From assembly GCF_006345805.1 (NCBI RefSeq), contig NC_043015.1, forward strand, positions 9,486,001 through 9,550,000: DNA of 64,000 nucleotides, in the 5' to 3' direction. The notes under the pieces were generated by a model. The model was not told the origin of the DNA and did not search any database. It was given only the letters and a program-made list of their open reading frames with translations. Positions 52,890-64,000 of the stretch are shown here, in pieces (position 1 is the stretch's first letter; every line of letters starts with the position of its first letter). A program made the position numbers and the translations under genes. The DNA comes from Octopus sinensis. Its lineage: Eukaryota.

Positions 52890-53125
52890 CTTAATAAATA
52901 TGATTCAGCAAAGATTTGCTTTACCACATACGGAAGTTAATAAATAGCAACAAAAATGTTAGCTATTTCTTCTACTTTAAAAAGGGACTCCCAGGAAAAA
53001 CAAGTATTTTGGTTTTTCTGGGAGTCCCTTTTTAAAGTAGAAGAAATAGCCAACGTTTTTTGTCTGCTAATTCTAAACTTCGGTATGTGGAAAAGCAATC
53101 TTTGCTGAACCCTATTTATTAAGTA
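52888..53125. repeat. Foldback, ~114-bp arms, 10-nt spacer
   Basis: 52888-53001 vs reverse complement at 53012-53125. Confidence 0.9.
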
Positions 53126-53225
53126 TTACTTAAGTTTACCATGAAATGGTCCTTTATTCATGCCGAATTCTACTTCGTGAAATTATTGATTAATTCTTAA
53201 TTCATTAATTTTACCCTTTGTTGTC

Positions 53226-53281
<56 letters not shown>

Positions 53282-53348
53282 ACTGTAACCATAACTCGAA
53301 TTATTACGATTTGGACAGCCATGAAACGATCGTAGTGTTTTACTCATT

Positions 53349-53476
53349 ATCTTTTATTAAACTTTTAATACATTTGATATATATTTAAAATAATATAAAT
53401 TAATTAATTTTACGTATTGGCTTAAGTTTTTCATTGTTTGATTTGCCTAATAGTGGTTTTATCTCTAATTTAATAT
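53349..53476 (+). repeat. Second copy of the ~128-bp repeat at 47810
   Basis: Direct alignment. Confidence 0.85.
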
Positions 53477-54541
53477 AATATATATATGTATATATATATA
53501 TATATTATATATATATATATATAATATATATATATATTTATATATGTTGACGACAAAAGAACGGACGATTATATTATAAATTTCATTAACTCATAGCTGT
53601 TTCTGCAAGAAGGTGCACTGGATTCATCGATGAGTGCCTCAATAACACCGTATAGCTTCATCACATTCCAGACATCTTATTGCAGAAACAGTTCTTTTGA
53701 GGTTCATTACAAAATCTGTTATGTAAGTGTGTGGTTATGTGTGTACGTGTGTACCAAGTCGAAAGAAGTGAACCACCCTCCACCACGATGTCACGAATGA
53801 CACGCATGACAATCTATCGAAGTTCTCCATAAATTTTCAAAAGTTATTCTGGCCTTCCCATTTGTCCTTTGTACTGAAATAGTTTTTTTTTAAACTACCA
53901 ATCACCGAATATATACCAGCCATCCTGCTTCATTACTGGAGTTGTGAACTACTATCAATACACTGCTTAAACGATATTCATCCTCACACACTAAGTAGCG
54001 AAATACACTCATAACACTGTAGCGTATTATACAACCTGATAAGGTTTCTTCTGAACTGTGAATTGCATTCGATTCCATTATATAATTCCCCACAAAATAA
54101 AGAGCAGTGCACATCAAATGGTGCTCGTGCTAAATAAATCTTAAAGTACAGTCCGGCTTCCGTATCAATCATATAAAATATACAAAATGTACCCCCAGCA
54201 ATTCCTTGGGAAGTGCTTCAGATGACGACTGTTGACCGGCAGTAGTCAATGTGATCTCAAGGCACACTACTAAGGATATATTCAAAACACATTTTGGATA
54301 CTGTATTTTCAACTTTCCTATCTAAATTGTAATTTTAGATATAAACTGTACATACTTGCACACACACACACAACACAGACTCATACATATATATATGTAT
54401 ATGTATGTTTATCAATGTATATATATATGTGTGTGTGTATTGATCCATTAGTCTATCCTCAATATACTGTATATGTAATATGTATGTAAGTGTCTATGAA
54501 TATATTTATAAACGTTATTGCGCAATTATATGTATAATATA

Positions 54542-54616
<75 letters not shown>

Positions 54617-54777
54617 GAGGGAGATAAATTGATATTAATTTTAATATCAATTTAAAACCAGTAGTCCAGCATTCAAAAATTCTGAGGAGTCAGAGAAAAT
54701 TCAAGTATATGTGTATATTGGCAGGGCTGGGCTGTTACGTAGCCGGCCAGAATGCTAGAAATAGATCATAAACGGTC

Positions 54778-54822
<45 letters not shown>

Positions 54823-56643
54823 TATATATATGTATACACATGCATTATTTATACGTATATATATATATGCATATATACAGATAGATAGAGAGAGTATGGT
54901 TGAGGGAGAGAGAGTGAGAGCGAAATATTCATAGAAAATGGTGATAGGAAGATAGATAAATAGATATATATCTTTTTTGGATGTATGCATTTTTATTTTA
55001 GTGTATTTTAGGATTTCTAAAAGTGAGACAGAAATACCATGGTTAATTATTCTCTTAAACAGGAAGAACAGGTAGAATATGACAGTACATTTGGAACCAA
55101 ATGTACAATATTCGTTTTAATAGATGTACGATAACTGCACACTATTCAACTTTTTGTAAAATATTTCTTCATCGAGTTCAATATTTCTGAATATACATGT
55201 TTTGATGGTTTAAAATAACCTCGAAATCTTAAAAGTTCAGTAAAGGCGAAAGATTGCCTGAAAGCACTTAAGAATATCATTTCGTCCCCCCAGAGTTAAT
55301 GTGGAGGTATCATATCAGTGGAGGATTCATTTTAATGTTGTGAATCTTTGTTTTTATTACAATGTGTCAAATTCAGTGTGTATTGCTAAATATGTTAAAC
55401 GAGGTGCCTAAAATTTTACTTTTATTCCCCTAATTTTTGAGAAAATGAAAGAAAATAATAGTAACTAAATTAAATCCAAATGTAGTTCGTCAGTTTGACG
55501 ACCAACACATATTTTAAAATTATATTCAAAATTTGTTTTAAATTATTTCATCTTTATGAAAACCTCCTGAGTTTATGAACTGTGTTCTTTTGTTAATTGA
55601 TCTTTAATACTTTATAATTCTAATTACTTTACTACTCGATGACATCATTTTGTGCTCGTAAGTTTACTAATATGACGCCATGTTTAAAGATGTTGTGCTG
55701 ATATAAGGAATTACTGAGAAATAATCAATAATGGTCCATAACTCAAGAATGACAACGCAGAAATTCTTGAAGCACTTGAGATTACACTTCATAAAAAGAT
55801 ACAATAACATTTCATAGAAAATCAAATGAATATCGGGTGAATCTTTTTTGATACTACATGAACTTCATTCATGTGATATCTCCTGCTGTCCAAATATCGG
55901 TGCATAATCTTGCGCAATATTCTCACGTGAACTCTGTTGTGAAAACGAAGACTAACTATATGCTGGCAGATTCTCTGGAAACGAACAATAAACGTTTTCG
56001 CTAATAAATTAAACAATTAAAGAGACGATAATAAATAATTTTGAGTTAGATTATTCATCGAAATATAATGCGACAACGAATGTGGAAAATATTTTTTAAA
56101 TGGATTAATCATGATGAATAAACAAAGATTTTCTATGGTATGTGCCAGGTTTTGTGGGTAGTGACTACCAGTCAGGAGAAATTTCAAAAGTATATATTCA
56201 GAAATGCATAATTATACAGGCATGCACGAATAAGAGGAAATAAATGACAAAGTAGGAAAAGGTATATACATAAAATGTGTGTGTATGTGTGTGTATGTAT
56301 GTGTGTGTGATTGTGTGCGTACGTGCGTGCGTACGTCTGTATGTCTCTATGGATCAAGACAATTTGATACAGATTCGTTCGTACTCTTTAGTTTCAAATT
56401 CATGGCTAACGACTAGCACTATGTTACAAACTCAAGAGTACCAATGAATTCGAATCAAACATTTTTCAGGCATACATCTATAACTTCAGAAATAGAGAAT
56501 TATATATAGGCATGTACGAAAAAGAGGGAGATATGATAGAGTAGATAGGAAAAGCAACGTACATATAAATATATATATGCATATATATATATATACATAT
56601 GTATATATATGCCCACACACATATATATATATGAATATATATA

Positions 56644-56707
<64 letters not shown>

Positions 56708-56728
56708 TGTGTGTGTGTATGTATGCGA

Positions 56729-56765
<37 letters not shown>

Positions 56766-57347
56766 TGTGTAATTTCAATGCGGATCAAATAATTTGCGAG
56801 AAAATTAATTCACGAAAAAGTAATTAGCGAAGATAACGTTGTCTTTCTTATATATTGTAACACATTAAAAATGATAATAACAGGATTAAAAATATAGGCG
56901 ATTGCAGGCCCCCCAAATGCATTAAATAGATGAAGGATTAATATTTATCAAAGTATGTCTACATTCTGGAAATAACAGTCAAAACTCTTATTTATATCGC
57001 CAAAATACACAGATAACCACAGAAATCAACTCTCCGCTGGCAAATTGACGAAAAAAATCTCTTAGCATGCATTCAAGTATTTAGAATCACGTGGGCCAGT
57101 TTATCGTCAGGCATAATAGAGTAACCTTCCTGAGCATGGGTTACCATCATAGAGAGCCCCAACCTGTTGTGCTGAAGAAATCATGGCAGCTTCAAGTGTG
57201 AAAACAATTTCAATACAGAACGAATAATTCACCAGAAAATTAATTCAAGAAAAAATATTTTGCGAAAATAACATTGATATCCATATCATTGATAACATTA
57301 TTATCCAGAGTACTTTGATTAATATATATGTATATATATATAGATAT

Positions 57348-57411
<64 letters not shown>

Positions 57412-57588
57412 TGTGTGGTGTGTGGATCAAATCAATTTATTTTAAATTCGTTCGTACACTAGAATTTCCAGCGTGATGCTAGTCGCCAGCATGTTAGTGG
57501 TCGCCAGTTTCATTTTGAATTTGAAATTTAATCCAGACATGTACCCCCAATGAATTTAGGAATGTCCATTTTCGTCGTCCACAAACTC

Positions 57589-57677
<89 letters not shown>

Positions 57678-58019
57678 CAGATTTCCTCCAGGATTATTTT
57701 ACGTCTCACTTGCGTATAATGGCGAAGGAGAAAAAAAATTTGAAGTGAGTTGGCAAATACAGTCTTCATAAGCATTGTATTGAGCATATCGTTTTATGGA
57801 GGCAGATATCTTGCATCCTGCGTATTTCTACTCTAGATATCAGTGACCACGTCTCTCTACTTATTCATTGTGTGTACCAAGTAGACGTACTACGACAGCA
57901 CTTCCATATCATTGCTTCGTGCATCTATTTGACCTTCGGCTACACCTGTAACGGCAGTTTAAACATTATGCGCCAATCATAACATAAATTCAAAATGTGG
58001 CCCTTATTCAAACCAGTTA

Positions 58020-58165
58020 AACTGAAGATGACTTAAAACAAATGAAAGGAGATGATACTCCAGAAATTAATGATATAACATCGGAAATGTAAAGTAACAG
58101 AGCAGAACTGCGTAAAGTTCTTATTCTATGAATCAAGCGCTAAATGAAAGAGGGTGAAATAACCT
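58020..58165 (+). mobile_element. Short degenerate LINE RT fragment
   Basis: DDLKQMKGDDTPEINDITSEM resembles the KAPG.D.I..E motif at the start of LINE RTs. Confidence 0.35.
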
Positions 58166-58222
58166 CATTGTCGAAAGAATATAATTACATCCTATATATA
58201 CATATATATATGTGTGTGTGAG

Positions 58223-58253
<31 letters not shown>

Positions 58254-58515
58254 GCAATTAAGGACAACTACTTAATAAGGAAAACTTAACAAGAAATTGT
58301 CAGGTAGATAGCGTGAAAGACCATAAGAGAAAAAATTTCGAAAATAATTATTTCTTATTGAACATATTAATTTATATATAGAGGGCATTATACATACATG
58401 CCAGAGGGCATTATACATACATGCCACACGCTAAGAGGGACAATTAGTCATTTCTACCAAAAATTTTACTAATCCCACCGATGCAATTTTTCAAAGTAAG
58501 ACATTTAAAATAATA

Positions 58516-58561
58516 GACTTGTATCACTGTGATTTCATACCTCTGTATCCATCAGCAAGCC
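58516..58561 (-). ncRNA. Hammerhead, B arm, CUGAUGA>CUGAUGG
   Basis: ggcttg-CTGATGG-atac(agag)gtat-GAAA-tcacagtg-ATA|caagtc. Confidence 0.6.
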
Positions 58562-58824
58562 TGGACGTATCATAAATTTTTTCTCTTATGAGGTCTTTCA
58601 CGCTATCTACCTGACAATTTCTTGTTAAGTTTTCCTTATTAAGTAGTTGTCCTTAATTGCTAACTTTTTATTCCGAAAAAACTTTCCTTTCCCGAAATGC
58701 AATTCGTAAAAGTCTGCCATTTACCGGATGTAATATATGTAAACTCACCCATGTGCTTCGTTGATGTTTACCAGTTAGCTGCTCGGCTTAAGCGAGGCAG
58801 GGTCATTTATTTATGATACGTCCA

Positions 58825-58870
58825 GGCTTGCTGATGAATACAGAGGTATGAAATCACAGTGATACAAGTC
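58825..58870 (+). ncRNA. Type I hammerhead ribozyme, canonical core
   Basis: ggcttg-CTGATGA-atac(agag)gtat-GAAA-tcac-a-gtg-ATA|caagtc; 6-bp stem I, 4-bp stem II, ATCAC-A-GTGAT stem III. Confidence 0.85.
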
Positions 58871-59324
58871 TATATTTTTAAATGTCTTACTTTGAAAAAT
58901 TGCATTCGGTGGGATTAGTAAAATTTTGGTAGAAATGACTAATTGTCCCTCTTAGCGTGTGGCATGTATGTATAATGCCCTCTGGCATGTATGTATAATG
59001 CCCTCTATATATAAATTAATATATATATATATTATATATATTATATATATATATATATAATATATAAGTGAAACTGATCGCTACATAGGTATTGGTTTTT
59101 TATTTCGTATATTTTCCTTTGTCTTGCTTATTTTTTACACTTTTGTTTTGTTCTGATTTTTTTTTTCAGAACACATTCTTCGTGGCTAATAGCGATTTGG
59201 ACGTCTATATATAGCTTATTCACTGTCCACTTTTAGTGGTTAGTCCTTTAAATTTTGAATGTAAAAAATATTAATATTCTAGGCTAGGCCAATTGATTAA
59301 TATCAATTTCTACCCTTATTCAAT

Positions 59325-59357
<33 letters not shown>

Positions 59358-59882
59358 ATATATATATATATATATAATAATATTATTATATATTATATAT
59401 ATATAATGGAGAATTTGTACAAAATGTAAAATGGATGACGAGTAAATGACCAGCACAGTTTCGACTACCTGTTGTTATACGTATACTCCAGGATTCTCGT
59501 AGCGGCTGTTGGGATAACATTATTAATAAAATACCAGATGGAATGTGTTATAGCCTTTATTGGGTACAACACATATTTCTCTTCAGGTTCACCTATAAAT
59601 AAATCTCACTAGATGTTTCTTGAGTCGACTTACGTACTGCTGTTTCCATCAAATTCAAGAAAGAGTCGAATTAGAGAACATTTATCGAAACGAAAAAAAT
59701 TCAAATATGAACGTAGAAAGTGTGCATTCTAGTTTAGAGAAAATTACATAATCTCTCGTTGTTGTAAATCTTAAGAGAAAGGAAAGTAAGTAGAATTTGA
59801 AAGGAAGGTAATACTCAGACGAATTTTTTCTTTTTTGTTTTCGTGCTGACGAATATATACATATATTCATAATCATATGCGT

Positions 59883-59915
<33 letters not shown>

Positions 59916-59945
59916 AATATATATATATTTATATATATATATATA

Positions 59946-60086
<141 letters not shown>

Positions 60087-61078
60087 ATCTATATATATAT
60101 ATGTATATATGTATGTATTCATACATAGATACATACGTATTGTAACTGCATATAATTTATATGCAAACTTGTATGTGTGTTTGAGTGTGTGTCTGTCTGT
60201 CTGTCAGTGCGTGTTTGTGCGCATACACTATAGGCAACCCGTTGCATGTGTCAGGGCACCAAATTCCAGCTCTTGTCATATAATCTATGTGGGATTTCAA
60301 AGCACGACGCAGCAGAAAGAAATAGAAGAAATAATGGGAAATTTTAATATTTGCCCGAAGGCATGCCTTAAAAATATGCTTAGATTTCGTAAGATATATG
60401 AAGGGTTGGGGGAACGAACCACGTTTTTCATTTTGCGATAAATATACGTTGCTAAATTATATACCAAAAGGAACAATTGTTGAAAGTTCAACGTTTTCGT
60501 GAGAGAGCCACTTACGCCTAAGTCTAGTAACGTTAACACGAATTTATAAATATAGGTACACATATTTACAATGGTACATATGCAAGTGAATATATATCTA
60601 CATATGTGAGCGTGTGTGTAAGTGTGAGTGTGTATGTTATTGTGTTGTATGCGTGTGTGTAGGCGCGCCTGTAATCTCTATGCAAGATTTCATTAGTAGT
60701 TTTGTTCCAGATCCATTGGAATAATTTCAAAACTGTCGAGGATGTTAATGCCGGTACATGTTCGATGAGGCCATTTAACAGAAAACAGTATGTAACTAAT
60801 CTTCACACACAGTTCAGCCTGGAGATAAATATTCTTCCTGTACTCAAACACTTGTTTCCGAAATTAACTCATAAACATCGTGAAACGGGTGTAGATACAA
60901 AGTTTATAGCGTTTCAAAATATATTTATAAAAAAAGAACTACGTTTCTTTAATATCCGAGAATTTTTTTTTTCTTTTGGTGTGTGGTGGGGTAGATATAG
61001 AATCCATGTAACTATGATTTATTTGAAAATCGTTAAAAAATTCATTTAATTTCTATATATATATAATTTCCATATATA

Positions 61079-61436
61079 GGCGCAGGAGTGGCTGTGTGGT
61101 AAGTAGCTTGTTAACCAACCACATGGTTCCGGGTTCAGTCCCACTGCGTGTGAGTAGATTTGGTAGACGGAAATTGAAAGAAGCCTGTCGTATATATATA
61201 TATATATATAAGTGTGTGTGTATATGTTTGTGTGTCTGTGTTTGTCCCCCTAGTATTGCTTGACAACCGATGCTGGTGTGTTTACGTCCCCGTAACTTAG
61301 TGGTTCGGCAAAAGAGACCGATATAATAAGTACTGGGCTTACAAAGAATAAGTCCCGGGTTCGATTTGCTCGACTAAAGGCGGTACTCCAGCATGGCCGG
61401 AGTCAAATGATTGAAACAAGTAAAAGAGTAAAGAGT
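61079..61436 (+). mobile_element. tRNA-derived SINE with internal (TA)n
   Basis: A box gtggctgtgtggtaag, B box ggttcagtccc, body gatttggtagacggaaa, tail ccagcatggccg..gtcaaatga.tgaaacaagtaaaagag. Confidence 0.85.
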
Positions 61437-62066
61437 ATACTATGTCATTAATATACATAATTGACATGAAATCCAAATGATACAAAAACGTGGGTCATAT
61501 TAATTGTTTTTCTAGGGAAACAGTTACATATGTTAACATTTTTTTTTACTTCTTACAACACAAGCTTCAGATGGGGGTATTACTAAATTGAAAAACAAAA
61601 CTCATGAGTTATACAGTTAATCACAATGAAATTTCAGATTGATTTTTCTCCTTTTGTAGTTCATATATTTCTCTTCTTAGACTACAGCCAAGTAATAAAT
61701 ATAAATAGTTTCTTACTTGGGTCATAAAAATACGGAAAGAAGATTCTTTCATTCATAGCTATATCTCATCCGGAATTTTTTCATGTAGGACGTGAACTAT
61801 AAAGAAGAACATATTTGCATGCTTATAACATACACACAGGCACATTCTCACGATGGATTACACAATTTATACTAAGCTTTTCTATCAACAGGGCTGTTAT
61901 TGTAAATATTGGTATTGCATGAGAAATATATTACATTTTCCCAGTATGCTGCATCGACGGAAGTGAATTTTTCCTTTCATGCCATTCTTAATTATAATCA
62001 CTTCCCTTTATTCCAAGTCGAACATGTTTTGCATACACACACTGGCACACACACACACACACACAC

Positions 62067-62102
<36 letters not shown>

Positions 62103-62263
62103 TTTAGAAATCAAGTGGATTCACAGAACTATAGCGAGCCTCGTCATAGGATCATTATTATCGTTCCTTCTCTGCAAAGAATTTCATTTCCTCTTTATCC
62201 TTATCTCCCTTAAGTATGGTGCTGTGTACGGAGAGTGCAACAAATTTAGTGCACACGTACTTA

Positions 62264-63110
62264 ATGTTCCGACTAGTGAATAGTACCGACGAAAAAAAAA
62301 GAAAACTAGTTAAAAGTAATTACATCTACGATATTCATTCGAACAATAGAAAACAAGGAAAACAATATTGGAGATGTGAGAAAAGAAGGAAATTTCAGTG
62401 CGAATTCACACTTGACGGAAACGAATGAGCCGAAAATCATTTATTTTTCTAGTCAGCACCTTCATCCAGCTGATGTAGATTCCATAAATTCAAGAAAAGC
62501 AGTTGTAGAAATAATGTATGAAGCTGTAGAAATCATAGAATCAAGTTCGTGTAGTAAAATAGCGGCTGCATTTACGCAGCTAGCAGAAAATACTTGCTCT
62601 CAACTTCCTCGTCTGCTTGTACATTCAAGGACTATTCATGGGTGCCGACAAAAAGGATTCTGGATTTTCCGCTAATCGAGGGGCTAGAACTGGCTTAGAA
62701 CTACCTGAAGAATAGTGTAAACTTGATAATAGCATATAGTTTCTGAGATATGATTCGGGTTTCAAGGATAAACAGTGCATGAAATATTTGGAGCAGAAAA
62801 TTCTCTTAAAATTATAGCATCATATCATCATTGGATATGTGATAGAATGCTCAAATTTGTGCCAGTACAGTGGATTCAACTGGTTAGCGTTCACGTACAA
62901 GTCCATGGTAGCAGTTTTCCATGGGTTTTTGCATTACTGCTGAATAAGACAAATCAGGCATACGAATTATTTCTCCAACAATTAAAACTTACGCAACCTA
63001 ATGCATATACGCTTGATCTCATGACAGATTTCGAAGTTTTAGTTCATAAGGCGTTTAAGTCATCATTCCCTAATTTAATTCATCTTTCGTGGAATATATG
63101 TTCCCTTTGA
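62264..63110 (+). mobile_element. Second FLYWCH + MULE transposase relic
   Basis: KQYWRCEKRR; QHLHPAD; WICD.MLKFVP..WIQLVSVH...FPWVFALLLNKT...LMTDFEVLVHKAFKSSFP; frameshifts and stops; truncated after FP. Confidence 0.85.
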
Positions 63111-63488
63111 GCCAATAAGGCCAAAAGACTTGGACGTAATGATGTTGGGTAAAGTCACATCTAACTAATAAGTTACAAAAAGAAAATGACTCTCCGCAGT
63201 CACAACAGAATATGTATATATATTTCGAAAATGATTTCAAACGAATATGTAATCCTGGCGTTCACTGTGTCCCCACTGAAATCGGTTTTGTGTGCCGTAT
63301 GATCATTGGTAATGTTGGTGATACTCTGATGGTAATGTAACGACAATAACACCAGAATGATCATCTAACAGTGTATGGTCGAATAAGTTGAAACATGCAT
63401 AGGTCCACAAAAGAATGCAGTAAATAACCATTGTAGAGAAAATTATACAGGTGGAAAACTTACCTTTCCTTGATCATTATTAGCACTA

Positions 63489-63539
<51 letters not shown>

Positions 63540-63876
63540 ATATATATATATATATATATATTTATTTATTTATTTATTTACACATACATATATCACAGAA
63601 TAAAGTTGTACAGTACAGCACAGGTGGAAATATATATGAGAGAATGTTTGAAAATGCAATTTCAAAGATGATTATTGACTTGACCAGTTTCACTTTTTTA
63701 GTAAAAAATTGTTAAATGTAAAATGTAAAGCTCTGTATAAGCTTTGTTGCGTTGAGTACTGATTATAATAAAAGTTTAATAATACAGTTATACATTTATT
63801 CTTTGATAATAACAGTTATACATTTATTCTTTGATAATAATAAGAGAATATTTTTAAAAAACGGTTTTTATAAATG

Positions 63877-63940
63877 TCGTGGTTAAGAACGCAGGTTACC
63901 AACCCCAAGGTTCACAGTTCGATTCCAGACAGTTACCTGG

Positions 63941-63984
<44 letters not shown>

Positions 63985-64000
63985 TAATAATAATAATAAT
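63877..64000 (+). mobile_element. tRNA-like SINE head followed by (AAT)n
   Basis: gtggttaagaacgcaggttaccaaccccaaggttcacaGTTCGATTCc. Confidence 0.55.

Larger units (their letters stand above)
58252..59022. mobile_element. Interleaved inverted repeats A-B-A'-x-B' carrying hammerheads
   Basis: A 58252-58338 = rc(A' 58574-58662); B 58364-58577 = rc(B' 58809-59022); 23-bp tandem duplication kept in both B arms; (TA)n flanks. Confidence 0.88.

Noticed and set aside
59455-59600. Minus-strand CTGAAGA with a hairpin and distant GAAA
   Set aside because: No UH triplet and stem II does not abut GAAA; CTGANGA hits at about 8660, 15985, 18710, 34240, 35755, 54685, 57170 and 58020 fail likewise
63877-63935. 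tRNA gene
   Set aside because: A/B boxes present but no acceptor stem or full cloverleaf; runs into (AAT)n, so treated as a SINE head

Overview
AT-rich, microsatellite-dense eukaryotic DNA with no host protein-coding gene that I can recognise. The SINE families, (TA)n/(CA)n/(AAT)n/(GATA)n load and transposon mix point to a cephalopod (Octopus-like) intergenic or long-intron region; this is an inference. Recognisable content is almost all mobile elements: an RTE LINE fragment, a nested cluster of R4/Dong-like REL-endonuclease LINEs (6.0-10.3 kb, plus one at 17.5 kb), a Hero-like LINE end, three Penelope-like elements (PLEs; one with an open 381-codon RT+GIY-YIG frame), two FLYWCH-MULE transposase relics, a Gypsy LTR+PBS+gag start, and many tRNA-derived SINEs. 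The main hidden signal is in stretches the ORF track does not explain. I read about 17 type I hammerhead ribozyme (HHR) motifs by eye (CUGANGA / stem II / GAAA / near-palindromic stem III / NUH / stem I), ranging from canonical to degenerate. Between two PLEs (23.5-27.3 kb), three unrelated non-coding tandem repeats (~527, 353 and ~394 nt) each carry one HHR per unit, the architecture of circRNA-producing non-LTR retrozymes. The 353-nt repeat starts at its own predicted cleavage site. At 58.25-59.02 kb, interleaved inverted repeats reconstruct a circularly permuted ~474-nt HHR monomer. All ribozyme and family calls are manual; none has been computed or tested. Single-base indels between repeat copies and noisy microsatellites suggest residual long-read errors.
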